From Candidatus Latescibacterota bacterium (GTDB lineage Bacteria; Latescibacterota; UBA2968; GCA-2709665): a stretch of 64,000 nt of DNA. Shown here one piece after another: positions 20,467-30,184 of this stretch; within the stretch, counting starts at the first letter, position 1, and every line of letters starts with the position of its first letter. The stretch spans positions 3,456,001-3,520,000 of the forward strand of contig CBDCOX010000002.1 of NCBI GenBank assembly GCA_965219995.1, read 5' to 3'. The position numbers and the translations under genes are program-made. The notes beneath the pieces are model-generated. The model saw only the letters and a list, made by a program, of their open reading frames with translations. It had not been told where the DNA came from and made no database searches.

Positions 20467-22815
20467 ATGCGAACCCATCGAACGCCATGCACGATGTACA
20501 AGCCGGATGACCTTGCGCGTGCGAGGGAGAACATCAGACGGCACGACTGGGCAAGGAAGCTCTATTCGCAGACCAGATCCCAGGCCGAACCCTATCTGGC
20601 GATGGACCGGGATCGCATGCGCAGCTTTATCAGCGACCGGACGCCGCTGGTGACCGTAGTCTGCCCAAACTGCGGATGCGGACCGTGGTACGCGTACAGC
20701 CTGATCAACGACGGCGACACGCTTCAATGCACAGATTGCAGGACCAGGTGGGACTGGGACCCGGACGACGCCTCCGAAACCTGGAATATCCAGGCGGTGA
20801 TCCGCACCTACCGCCTGAAATACATCCTTGGCGGTCTGGAAAGCGCCGGCATCGTGTACGGTGTCGAAGGCGACGTGCGATACGCCGAAAAAGCCGCCAT
20901 TCTGGTCGAACGTTTCGCGGAAGTCTTCGAGGACTACCGGCTGAACCAGGTGAACAGGAACGTCTGGCACGATCAGAATGACCCCTATTACGGGAAAATC
21001 GACGGCTGGAAACAGCGGGATGCCTGGTGCGTCCGAAACGTGCTGTTGGCGTATGATCTGATCCGGGACTCCGGCGTCCTTACGGGCGATCAGCGCCGGT
21101 CAATCGACGCCTTTGTCGAATACGTTCGAGACTATTTCGTCGAGTCGTTCAACAATCCGGGGGACTCGACCCTGAAGGGATACACCTGGACCGATGACCT
21201 TTCACCCTACCTCTCGCACTACTCCATTCAGGACCACGGCGGCGCGTGGTGGTGCATCGCGGCTTCGGCCGCGCTGACGGGAGACGAGGAAATCCTGCGA
21301 TCCGTCGTCACGTTATACGAAGACATGCTCAAGCCTGAGGCCGGCGTCTTCTTCCAGGACGGCGCGTTCTACGAATGTACGGCCGACTACACCCTGGGAC
21401 TGCTCCAGACGACCATCGGCATCCCCGAAATCATCCGCGGAAACCTGGACGCCGGCGTGTATGCCAATCCCCGCTGCGCCCTTCTGGAAAAGTGTTACAC
21501 CTGGTTCCTGGATGCCGCCCTTCCGAACGACACCAATCCCGCGATCAACGATTCACACGTTGGCAGTCCGCTGCGCCCTTTCTGTTCGGAAATCGCCTAT
21601 ATCGTCTACAACAACCAGAAGGCGCTGCGCCATATCAAGACCCTCTGGGGTCCCGATCTGAACGGCGGTACCGAATACTCACTGTTCTACAGGGATCCGG
21701 ATGCCGCTGTCGAAGGCGACGGCGAACCCTACGCCGAGGAAAGCGTCCACCTGCCCGATATCGGACTCATGATCCTTCGTCAAGGCGAAGACAAACCGTT
21801 GCGGACCATGGCCTTCATCGACTACGGACCGTATATACCCGCCGCCCACAAGCAGAAAGACTACCTCAATTTCGTCCTGTGGTCCCACGGGCAGGAACTC
21901 GTCACGGAAATGGGATACAACTGGAATCCGGAATGGGCGCGCCTCTGGGAACGCGGTCCGCTATCGCACAATACCGTCCTGGAATGCGCGGAACAGGGCG
22001 AGGGAGGAAAACCGCTTCTGTGGTGCGTTACGCCGGGTCCGAAGCTGGCCGAAGCTGGCCTGCCGCCCGGCAATACACGCCTGATCGCGCTGCTGCCCCG
22101 AAGTTCGGGTGAACCGCTCATCGCCGACGTCTTTCGCGTTTCCGGAGAGCTGAGTTCGTACACGTGGATGTTGCACGCCCGGTCCGGAGACCTGGAGGTC
22201 GCGGGCCTCGACGACCTTTCGCCGACAGACGTCCCCGAACCCCTGCGCTCCGGCCGGTGGGGACGCGCGAGCGACGACGTTACGGCCACGTGGACCATGG
22301 ATCGCGGCGGACTGCGGACGATCGTCCCCAATATCTCCGATACCTCGGTTACGATCTCCGAGTGTCCTCCCGAAGAGGACGTCATTGAGGACCTGCATGC
22401 CGAAGGCGGCACCATGAAGCCCGGCGCCGTGCTCCCGTACCGCGGCCACCTCCAGGTCTCCCGCCCTGGCCCGGACGCCACGTTCGCCGCCGTACACGCA
22501 CCATTCCGGGACAGCCCACCCGCCGTCGATATCGAATGCCGCATCCTGCCGGACGACACGCTTGCGCTCGGAATTGCCACCGAGCAGGAACACTTTTTCC
22601 TTGTTCATACCCTCGCACCGGGCGAGGTGCACGCGGACGGACTTACCCTCAACGGGCGCGCCGCCGTCGCCACGATGAAAGGCGGTGTGCTCAAATCGCT
22701 ATGTCTCGCCGCGGGCACGTATCTGGCTTACAGCGAAGCCCAAATCCACCTCGAAAGGACCGGCAACGCCTACGCGATACGTTCCGGAGACACGTTCAAA
22801 AGGGTGGAGCCATAA
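20467..22815 (+). CDS. Heparinase II/III-like polysaccharide lyase family protein
   Basis: Helical N-terminal half, DGAFYE.T.DY, P.INDS, H.Q.D.LNF and SHNTV motifs, beta-rich C-terminus. Confidence 0.75.
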   Translation: MRTHRTPCTMYKPDDLARARENIRRHDWARKLYSQTRSQAEPYLAMDRDRMRSFISDRTPLVTVVCPNCGCGPWYAYSLINDGDTLQCTDCRTRWDWDPDDASETWNIQAVIRTYRLKYILGGLESAGIVYGVEGDVRYAEKAAILVERFAEVFEDYRLNQVNRNVWHDQNDPYYGKIDGWKQRDAWCVRNVLLAYDLIRDSGVLTGDQRRSIDAFVEYVRDYFVESFNNPGDSTLKGYTWTDDLSPYLSHYSIQDHGGAWWCIAASAALTGDEEILRSVVTLYEDMLKPEAGVFFQDGAFYECTADYTLGLLQTTIGIPEIIRGNLDAGVYANPRCALLEKCYTWFLDAALPNDTNPAINDSHVGSPLRPFCSEIAYIVYNNQKALRHIKTLWGPDLNGGTEYSLFYRDPDAAVEGDGEPYAEESVHLPDIGLMILRQGEDKPLRTMAFIDYGPYIPAAHKQKDYLNFVLWSHGQELVTEMGYNWNPEWARLWERGPLSHNTVLECAEQGEGGKPLLWCVTPGPKLAEAGLPPGNTRLIALLPRSSGEPLIADVFRVSGELSSYTWMLHARSGDLEVAGLDDLSPTDVPEPLRSGRWGRASDDVTATWTMDRGGLRTIVPNISDTSVTISECPPEEDVIEDLHAEGGTMKPGAVLPYRGHLQVSRPGPDATFAAVHAPFRDSPPAVDIECRILPDDTLALGIATEQEHFFLVHTLAPGEVHADGLTLNGRAAVATMKGGVLKSLCLAAGTYLAYSEAQIHLERTGNAYAIRSGDTFKRVEP

Positions 22816-22877
22816 GATTCAGTCCGTTATATTGCGCCGTTCAGAACAGCTAGCCTACCTCTATACAGGAGATTCGC

Positions 22878-23822
22878 ATGCCGTCCAACTTTCTCGACCG
22901 GGTCACCGAGGGCCACGTGCTTTGCGATGGCGGTTACTATCTCGAATTCGAACGACGTTGCCTCGGCAGCTACGCGTCCAGAATACCCATGGGAGTACTC
23001 GATTATCCGGAAGGCGTCCTCGAACTCCACAAGGAATTCGCGCGGGCGGGCGCCGAGGTCCTCCAGGCTATGGTCTGGGGCGTGCGGCCGATGGATCGCG
23101 AAGAGGAACTCCACAGGACGGCCGTGGAACTCGCGCGGGAAGCGGCCGGACCGGACCGGTTTGTGGCCGGTACCCTCAGCCCCTTCGTTTATTCGGGCCG
23201 CTCCAAATGGGATCCGATGTCCGAGGAAGACAAGACCGGCGCCAGGGAATTCTTCGAACGCCGCGTTAGCCAGCAGACCTCGGCCGGCGTGGACCTCTTC
23301 ATCATCGAAACCTTCTATTCCGTGGATGAAGTGAGCCTGGCCATTCCCATTGTCAAGCAGGCGGGGATCCCGGCCGTAGTGACAATGACCTATCGCGACG
23401 GGGAATTTACCCGGGAAGGTTATCGCCCCGGCGAAGCCGCCAAACGACTCGTGGACGCAGGGGCCGACGTGGTCGGCATCAATTGCATGCGCCCGTGGTC
23501 AACCATGCGGCCTCTCATGTACGAAGTGAGGAAGGCCGTTTCCGTACCCCTGTGCGCACAGCCCACGGGATACGAACTCGAGCCGGGCGAGAACTTCAAC
23601 CGTCCGCTGAGCGTCGCCGATCTTTGGACGCAGGTCGAGCCCCGCGTTGTCACGCGCTTTTCCATGGCGGAGTATACCGCCGAAGCAACACGTATGGGCA
23701 TCGGCCTGATCGGCTCCTGCTGCGGAGCCCTGCCGTACCACGTCCGGGCCATGGCCGAGGCGCTCGGCAAACCCACCGACCTGCCCGACGTCGACCGCGG
23801 ATACCAGGGTCTGGCGGGGTGA
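22878..23822 (+). CDS. Homocysteine S-methyltransferase family protein (BHMT-like)
   Basis: DGG, H.EFARAGAEV, IETF, GINC and GSCCG zinc ligands. Confidence 0.9.
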   Translation: MPSNFLDRVTEGHVLCDGGYYLEFERRCLGSYASRIPMGVLDYPEGVLELHKEFARAGAEVLQAMVWGVRPMDREEELHRTAVELAREAAGPDRFVAGTLSPFVYSGRSKWDPMSEEDKTGAREFFERRVSQQTSAGVDLFIIETFYSVDEVSLAIPIVKQAGIPAVVTMTYRDGEFTREGYRPGEAAKRLVDAGADVVGINCMRPWSTMRPLMYEVRKAVSVPLCAQPTGYELEPGENFNRPLSVADLWTQVEPRVVTRFSMAEYTAEATRMGIGLIGSCCGALPYHVRAMAEALGKPTDLPDVDRGYQGLAG

Positions 23823-23980
23823 AGCGCGATCCATGAATCACAGGGTCTCGCGAGGGGCCTATCCGGCGCCCGCGGACAGGTATTCAGGGGGGCGACAACC
23901 GATCCGGCGACAGGTCGCGAATCGGGCGGGAGTCTGCCCCATCCCGCCGACCAAGCTGCGCCAACGGGAGGAAACCACGC

Positions 23981-25648
23981 ATGTTGAATGAAATCACCGC
24001 TTGCCTCCACAAAGGGTTCGAACTCGGCGTCCGGTGGACGGATGAGAGCGGCGTCCTGAACGACCCGTACGAAAGCAACCGGCCGGAGAACTTCGCGCCT
24101 GCCTGCTGGGCAGTCATCGGCGCGTCGCTGTACCGGCTTACCGGCGAGGACGTCTATCTGGAGTGGACCGACCGGTGGATGCGGCGCACCGCCGAGATTA
24201 TGGAAGGCGCCAGGAATTCGCCCGGGTTCAGAGAATACGTGATGGGGTACGGCGTGATGGTCTTTCCCGTTCTTTCCGACGTCGTGGACAGGGATATCGT
24301 GGAAGGTTGGGAAGCGGCCTTCGCGGCGTCCTATACGGACGACGCCGGATTGTCCGACTGCCACGTCTCCGCCGCGTCGCTGCTGTGCGACCTGTTCCTG
24401 GACAGCGGGCGGGAGAAGAAAGCCCGGGAGCGATCCGGAGAACTCATCGCGGCGTTCAACAGGCGACTCACACCGGGGGGCTTCCTGCGCGACGACGACG
24501 TGAACGGGAATTCCGTTGCGCACGTCTATCTGACCGGTGCATTCCTGGCCGCTACCCTTCTCAGGAAAAATTCAGACGTCGCGCCAGGGTCCGGGGTCGA
24601 ACAACTCCTCGAGACGATCTGCGGCTGGTTCAAACGGGCGAACGGTCGTTTCCATCTGCCATTCCTGGCCAGCAGGAGCATCTACCAGATGTACGTGTAT
24701 CCCATGGTCGCACTTCTCTCGTACATCGGAGAGGGTGGAGAGGCCAGAGACAGAGTCCTCGCGCTCCTCGAATTCTGTCAGTCCTTCAATCCCGAAAACG
24801 ACATTTTCTCCCACACGCCCAACCACCTGTCGCCCTACGCCCTCGCGGGCCTGGAGTGGACATATAATCGTCTGAACACCGACCTCGGCGCGGGTCTTGT
24901 CGCCTGGGCGCTGCTCGCGCTCCTGATCGAACAGGAATGGCCGGGGTTCGACACGGTCGCCGCCGCCCCCGTGCAGGACGTGGTGGATCCGGAAGCGGGG
25001 TACGCGATCCTGCACGGCGAGAAGTCCCGCGTGGCCTTCGCACTCTGTAATCACGACTGGGGCTATCACCTGCCGCTCCAGCCGGTTTCACTCAAACTCG
25101 GCAATACGCCGATGATCGAACCCATTGCTGACGCCAAGCGGGACGGTGTCAAGCACGCCTTTCACGAACAGATCGTGAAACCGCGCACGGCCGATCCGTT
25201 GCTGGAACCGTACTTCGGCATTCTCGTCAAAGAGGCCGGCGGCGCTTATCGCATCATGGAAGGCAACGCCGAAGTGATCGCCGCCGATGAATACAGGCTG
25301 ACCGGGCCGTTATCGTTGAACCTTAAACTCGATCTGAAGAACGAGCTCGTTCGGCTGACGTACCGTGTCACGGACCTGAAGGACGGCGATCAGCCCGTTT
25401 TCTCCATTCCCGTCCTGCTGTGGGACGGGAAGGAGGAACTGACGTACAGAATTGAAAACGGCACCGTGGTCCTGGGCTGGAAAGGAGCGGCCTACCGCAT
25501 TTCGATCGCCGGCAACAGCGGTCCATGGGACCTTGACATGGCGCGTTATCTGCACGCCGGATGCGGGCTGACCGCGAATATGACCGTTCCACTGGCGCAC
25601 AACGCCGCCAATCTGGATGCGGCTGTCACGATTGAACGGACGGCGTGA
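23981..25648 (+). CDS. Hypothetical protein (helical N-half, beta-rich C-half; lyase-like architecture)
   Basis: Long ORF with GGGAGG RBS inside the operon; no firm family. Confidence 0.6.
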   Translation: MLNEITACLHKGFELGVRWTDESGVLNDPYESNRPENFAPACWAVIGASLYRLTGEDVYLEWTDRWMRRTAEIMEGARNSPGFREYVMGYGVMVFPVLSDVVDRDIVEGWEAAFAASYTDDAGLSDCHVSAASLLCDLFLDSGREKKARERSGELIAAFNRRLTPGGFLRDDDVNGNSVAHVYLTGAFLAATLLRKNSDVAPGSGVEQLLETICGWFKRANGRFHLPFLASRSIYQMYVYPMVALLSYIGEGGEARDRVLALLEFCQSFNPENDIFSHTPNHLSPYALAGLEWTYNRLNTDLGAGLVAWALLALLIEQEWPGFDTVAAAPVQDVVDPEAGYAILHGEKSRVAFALCNHDWGYHLPLQPVSLKLGNTPMIEPIADAKRDGVKHAFHEQIVKPRTADPLLEPYFGILVKEAGGAYRIMEGNAEVIAADEYRLTGPLSLNLKLDLKNELVRLTYRVTDLKDGDQPVFSIPVLLWDGKEELTYRIENGTVVLGWKGAAYRISIAGNSGPWDLDMARYLHAGCGLTANMTVPLAHNAANLDAAVTIERTA

Positions 25649-25673
25649 GGATCTCCCTTCTGAAGGGCCGGTC

Positions 25674-26657
25674 ATGAACCTCGGATTCGTCGGTCTGGGC
25701 AACTATTCCACAAACCATCTGCGGGCCGTCCAGAAGAATCCGGACCTGGTCCTGGAATCCGTCTATGACATTGTCCCCGAACGCGCTGACGAGGCAGTCC
25801 GGGAGTTCGGCGCCAAGCGGGCGTCCACGATCGAACAACTGGCAGGCGATCCCCGCGTAGACGGTGTGGTCATTACAACGCCCAACCCGCGCCACTACGA
25901 GGACTTCAAAGTCTGCGCGGCCCACGGCAAACACGTCTTCGTCAACGTGCCCGTCACGACGAGCCGCGCCGAGGCCGCGGAGATGATTCGGCTTGCCAAC
26001 GAAAAAGAACTCACCTATATGGCCGGCCACAACCTCCGCAAAAACCCGGCCATCTCCCACCTCAAGAACCGGCTGGACGCCGGCGACGTCGGCACTCTGC
26101 ACTCGGTTGAAGCCTCCGTCGGAGGCGCCACCGCCTATGATCTCACGCCGGACAACTGGAGGTACCGACGAAAAAACGCGCCGCTTCTGCCATTCGCGCA
26201 GATGGCCGTCGTCTTCATCGACCTCGTCCTGGACATCATGGGCGCGCCAGAGAAAATCTCCGCCTTCATGTCCAAGAGAGACGGAGCCGGGGAATCCCCG
26301 GACCTGGGCGCGGTTATCGGCCGTTACGCCGATGGACGTCTTTCCTGTATCGGCGCGTCGTACGTCTCTCATCCGGGCTACGAAATCACCTTTGCGGGAA
26401 GCGACGCCAGAATCACGTGGGACAGCCACAACGAAAACGCCGTCACCCTGATCGGTACCGAGACCCGCCAGCGGAAATCCTTCGACCGGATCGACGAACA
26501 GTACGAAGAACTCGCCGAATTCGCGCATTGCGTTGAAACCGGCGCCGCACCCTCGGCGAACGGCCTGGACGCGTTCAACGTCGCCGCCTACTTCGAGGCG
26601 ATCGAAGAGTCCATCAACACGGAACGGGTCGCTCGCTTCAGGCCTTTCGACGAATAG
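25674..26657 (+). CDS. Gfo/Idh/MocA family oxidoreductase
   Basis: GFVGLG, TTPNPRH and GKHVFVNVP (EKP motif degenerate). Confidence 0.85.
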   Translation: MNLGFVGLGNYSTNHLRAVQKNPDLVLESVYDIVPERADEAVREFGAKRASTIEQLAGDPRVDGVVITTPNPRHYEDFKVCAAHGKHVFVNVPVTTSRAEAAEMIRLANEKELTYMAGHNLRKNPAISHLKNRLDAGDVGTLHSVEASVGGATAYDLTPDNWRYRRKNAPLLPFAQMAVVFIDLVLDIMGAPEKISAFMSKRDGAGESPDLGAVIGRYADGRLSCIGASYVSHPGYEITFAGSDARITWDSHNENAVTLIGTETRQRKSFDRIDEQYEELAEFAHCVETGAAPSANGLDAFNVAAYFEAIEESINTERVARFRPFDE

Positions 26658-26691
26658 AAAAAAAGCCCTGGAGATCGCGTCTCCAGGGCTT
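26658..26691 (-). terminator. Intrinsic terminator
   Basis: AAGCCCTGGAGA/TCTCCAGGGCTT stem with a U-tract on the minus strand. Confidence 0.8.
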
Positions 26692-26698
26692 CCGTCGA

Positions 26699-26755
26699 TT
26701 CAATCCGGCGACCATCATTGTAGTACAGAGGCAGCGGGATTTCGAATCTGCGCAT
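26699..26755 (-). pseudogene. 5' remnant of a small gene (MRRFEIPLPLYYNDGRRIE)
   Basis: Overlaps the end of the upstream small gene; recognisable N-terminal motif then runs into the terminator. Confidence 0.45.
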
Positions 26756-26945
26756 AAGACTTCTCAACCTCGTCATCCGAGGCCTGTCGATATGGGTTGT
26801 TCTGTTCATCCAGAATCGACAATGCGTGAACGGGCACGATGTATACACCATCCGGCAAGCTGCTCACCGTGGCATGGTTGGCCAGTTTGTAATAGCCCTT
26901 AACCTGATGTTCGCGACTATTGAACTTGATATAAGCAGTATTCAT
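26715..26945 (-). CDS. Small hypothetical protein (76 aa)
   Basis: GGAG RBS before ATG at 26945; visibly more AT-rich than its neighbours. Confidence 0.65.
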   Translation of the reverse strand: MNTAYIKFNSREHQVKGYYKLANHATVSSLPDGVYIVPVHALSILDEQNNPYRQASDDEVEKSYAQIRNPAASVLQ

Positions 26946-27032
26946 GCGTGTCTCCGCTGAACGAAACCAGAACGTACCTAATGGCAAAAAACTATGTTAA
27001 TTGGTTAATCTTAGCGATTCACGCGGATCATG

Positions 27033-27527
27033 TCAACCCCGGTGGGTTCGCGGATGATCCGAGACTGATTCGTCAATCTCCGCAATGACCGAGAGTTCCA
27101 CGGATGCGCCCAGCGGCAACTCGTTCGCCCCAATAGCCAGCCGGGCGTGGCTGCCTTTGTCGCCCAGCACCTGTGCGAACAACTCCGACGCCCCGTTGAT
27201 CACCTTCGGCTGGTCCGTGAATCCCGCCGCCGAACGGACGAATCCCTCCACGCGCACCAGTTGAACGACAGCTTCGAGCGAACCCGCCGCGGCGTTCAAT
27301 ACACTCAACGCGTTCAATGCGCAAAGCTTCGCCGCTTCATTGCCTTCCTCGATGGACACGTCCGCCCCCACCCTGCCCGCAAACTTCAATTCGCCCGCGG
27401 ACATCGGAAGCTGGCCTGCCACGAAAATCAGATTACCCGATCGCTTCGCGGGCACGTAGGCGCCCGCGGGCGCCGGTGGTTCCGGCAGCCCGAGTCCAAG
27501 TGCGGCGAGACGCTCCTCCGCGGACAT
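27033..27527 (-). CDS. RidA/YjgF family protein
   Basis: GAYVP, AGQLP, NGASELF, HARLAIG and LP.GASVE motifs. Confidence 0.92.
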   Translation of the reverse strand: MSAEERLAALGLGLPEPPAPAGAYVPAKRSGNLIFVAGQLPMSAGELKFAGRVGADVSIEEGNEAAKLCALNALSVLNAAAGSLEAVVQLVRVEGFVRSAAGFTDQPKVINGASELFAQVLGDKGSHARLAIGANELPLGASVELSVIAEIDESVSDHPRTHRG

Positions 27528-27578
27528 CAGTACCTCCTCAGTAATACATCGGAATTTCACGGAATTTCGATCATGACT

Positions 27579-29330
27579 TCAGTATGCCTCAAGACCTCTG
27601 CGAACGATGTCCTTCACGTACCCCACCAGCGCTTCGTTTGCGACGTCTTTTCGTTCCAGCTCGTTCCTCATCTTCACCTCCACCTCGCCTTTCGCCAGGC
27701 CCCTGGAACCCACCGTGATCCGGATCGGGATGCCGATCAGGTCCGCATCGTTGAATTTCACGCCGGCCCGTTCGTCGCGGTCATCCACAAGCACCTCGAT
27801 CTCCTCGGCTTCCAGGTCGCGACAGATCTTCTCCGCCGCCTCCAATTCTCCCTTCGGGCGGTTTCCCGATAGCACCACGACATGTACGTGGAACGGCGCG
27901 ACCGGTATCGGCCAGACGATGCCCTGATCGTCGTGGTGTTCCTCGATCACGCAGGCCAGCAGGCGCCCCACGCCGATCCCGTAGGAACCCATCACCAGCG
28001 GACGGGCTTTGCCGTTCTCGTCCAGGAAGTTCGCGCCAAGTTTCTCGCTGTATCTGGTGCCCAGCTTGAAGATATTCCCCACTTCGACCCCGCGCGCTGA
28101 CTTCAGCGGGGTGCCGCACGAGGCGCAGGACATCCCCGCCTCCACCGCCACCAGATCTGTGACGATGTCCGCCTCGAAATCCCTGCCCACGTTCACGTTC
28201 AGGCAGTGATGGTCCACCTTGTTCGCCCCGGATACCAGGTTGGCTGATGCCGCCACCAGGTCATCCACGACAATCAGAGCATCGTCGGCGATACCGATGG
28301 GGGATCCATATCCGGGTTCGGCGCCGATCGCCCGGATTTCCTCCTCCGTCGCCGGTCGCATATCGACGGCCCCCGCGGCGTTGGCCAATTTCGTTTCGCT
28401 GAGTTCGTGGTCCCCACGCACCAGAGCGAAAATGAACCGCTCCTTTCCCTGCACGGAACCCGCCATAAATACCGCTTTGGCCGTCCGGCTCGCCGGAATG
28501 TCCAGGAACCGCGCCAGATCTTCGATGGTCGTGCAACCCGGCGTTGCCACTTCCCGGAGCGCCTCCGGCGGCTCTACGACGGCCTCCTCCTTTTCGTGCA
28601 CGGCTATCTGGCGGTTCGCACGGTACCCGCATCCGTCGCAGATCAGCAGCGTGTCCTCACCCACGGGATTCAGATACATGAATTCGTGCGCCCCGGTGCC
28701 GCCCATCATGCCGGTGTCGCTCTCCACCGATACGACCTGGCCCGCGAGGCCGACTCGACGGAAGATATTCTCGTACGCCCGGTACATATCCTGATAGACT
28801 GAATCCAGGCCGGACTCGTCCAGGTCGAAACTGTACGCGTCCTTCATGGTAAACTCCCGGACGCGGATCAGACCTCCCCGGCTCCGGGGCTCGTCGCGGA
28901 ATTTCGTCTGAATCTGGAACACGCACATGGGCAGCTGCCGGTAGCTCCGGATCTGATGCCTCGCCAGGTCCGTGACCGCTTCTTCGTGGGTCATCGCCAG
29001 GCACATATCCCGTTCCGATCGATCCTGCATCCGGAGCATTTCCGGACCCACTTCGTTCCATCGCCCGCTCTCCCGCCACAACTCGGCCGGCTGCACGATC
29101 GGCATCATCAGTTCGACACAATCGATCGCCGCCATTTCCTCCCGAAAAATCGCCTCGATCTTCCGCGCGACCCGGAGTCCCAGCGGCAGCGCGCTGAAAA
29201 TACCCGCGGCGAGGGGACGGATCAGTCCTGCCCGCAGGGCCAGCCGGTGGCTGGTCAACTCCGCGTCAGCCGGCGCCTCCCTGAGTGTCTGGGTGAACAG
29301 GCTGCTATACCGCATCCGGACTCCTTTCAA
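27579..29330 (-). CDS. proS: Proline--tRNA ligase (bacterial type with editing insertion)
   Basis: THEE, QIQTKFRDE.R.RGGL.R.REF.MKDAYSF, GIG.GR and GVKFNDADLIG motifs. Confidence 0.97.
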   Translation of the reverse strand: MKGVRMRYSSLFTQTLREAPADAELTSHRLALRAGLIRPLAAGIFSALPLGLRVARKIEAIFREEMAAIDCVELMMPIVQPAELWRESGRWNEVGPEMLRMQDRSERDMCLAMTHEEAVTDLARHQIRSYRQLPMCVFQIQTKFRDEPRSRGGLIRVREFTMKDAYSFDLDESGLDSVYQDMYRAYENIFRRVGLAGQVVSVESDTGMMGGTGAHEFMYLNPVGEDTLLICDGCGYRANRQIAVHEKEEAVVEPPEALREVATPGCTTIEDLARFLDIPASRTAKAVFMAGSVQGKERFIFALVRGDHELSETKLANAAGAVDMRPATEEEIRAIGAEPGYGSPIGIADDALIVVDDLVAASANLVSGANKVDHHCLNVNVGRDFEADIVTDLVAVEAGMSCASCGTPLKSARGVEVGNIFKLGTRYSEKLGANFLDENGKARPLVMGSYGIGVGRLLACVIEEHHDDQGIVWPIPVAPFHVHVVVLSGNRPKGELEAAEKICRDLEAEEIEVLVDDRDERAGVKFNDADLIGIPIRITVGSRGLAKGEVEVKMRNELERKDVANEALVGYVKDIVRRGLEAY

Positions 29331-29370
29331 TGTCCATCGATCCCCACTGCCCTTTTTCCGGGTGGCGTTA

Positions 29371-30120
29371 TTAGAAATTGAAGAGCCTCAGGGCCGTGCG
29401 GCCCATGATCCATTCAAGCTGGTCTTCAGACAAAAAACGCCACCGACGGGGCATCTCTACTGCCATCTCACAGGTCTCATGAAGACTCACGGGCGGGAAG
29501 TCGCTCCCCCACATGATCCGCTCGGCGCCGAACCGTTCAACCGCCCTCTCGATGAACGGCGTTGCCTCGTCGTAGGGATATCCCTTCCCGAATCCATAGA
29601 ATCCCGACAGCATGAATACCGTATTTTCGTAGTTCGCGTACCCCATCAGGCGCTCAAAATCGGGCGCGTCGGGCGTCTTCTCCACGTCGGGGAACCATCC
29701 CATATGTTCGATGCGAAACACGGCGCGCGGATGACGCTGAATCCGTTTCTCCATCGCGGGACGGAGCATGCCCGCCATGCCTCCGCTCAGACTGGCCATG
29801 ATACCGAGTTCGCCGACGGTATCCCAGACCGCCTCATTGTCGACAGAAGCCGGAATGCGCAGTCCCGCGAGACCGAACTCGGCCACTTCTCTGCGGATTC
29901 GCTCGCCGGCGTCCGCCGCTTCGTAGTCCACGGCGCCCAGAGACGCGAAGCGTCCCGGATAGCGGACCATACAGTCCTTCAAATAGGCGTTATCGTGACA
30001 CCCTCCGTACTGAACCAGCAGCGCCTTGTCGATGCCGGCCGAGTCCATCTGCGCCAGCAGCACTTCAACGGCAACGTATTTGGTCAGCCCCACGTGTACA
30101 TGGCCGTCGACAATGGTCAT
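29371..30120 (-). CDS. Amidohydrolase family protein
   Basis: DGHVH, EHMG and FGAERIMWGSDFP motifs. Confidence 0.9.
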   Translation of the reverse strand: MTIVDGHVHVGLTKYVAVEVLLAQMDSAGIDKALLVQYGGCHDNAYLKDCMVRYPGRFASLGAVDYEAADAGERIRREVAEFGLAGLRIPASVDNEAVWDTVGELGIMASLSGGMAGMLRPAMEKRIQRHPRAVFRIEHMGWFPDVEKTPDAPDFERLMGYANYENTVFMLSGFYGFGKGYPYDEATPFIERAVERFGAERIMWGSDFPPVSLHETCEMAVEMPRRWRFLSEDQLEWIMGRTALRLFNF

Positions 30121-30184
30121 TCCATCCCTCCTTGCCGGACTGTGCGGGACCCGAGCGTCCGGCGTTTTTTTCGGCGGCAGGCGT

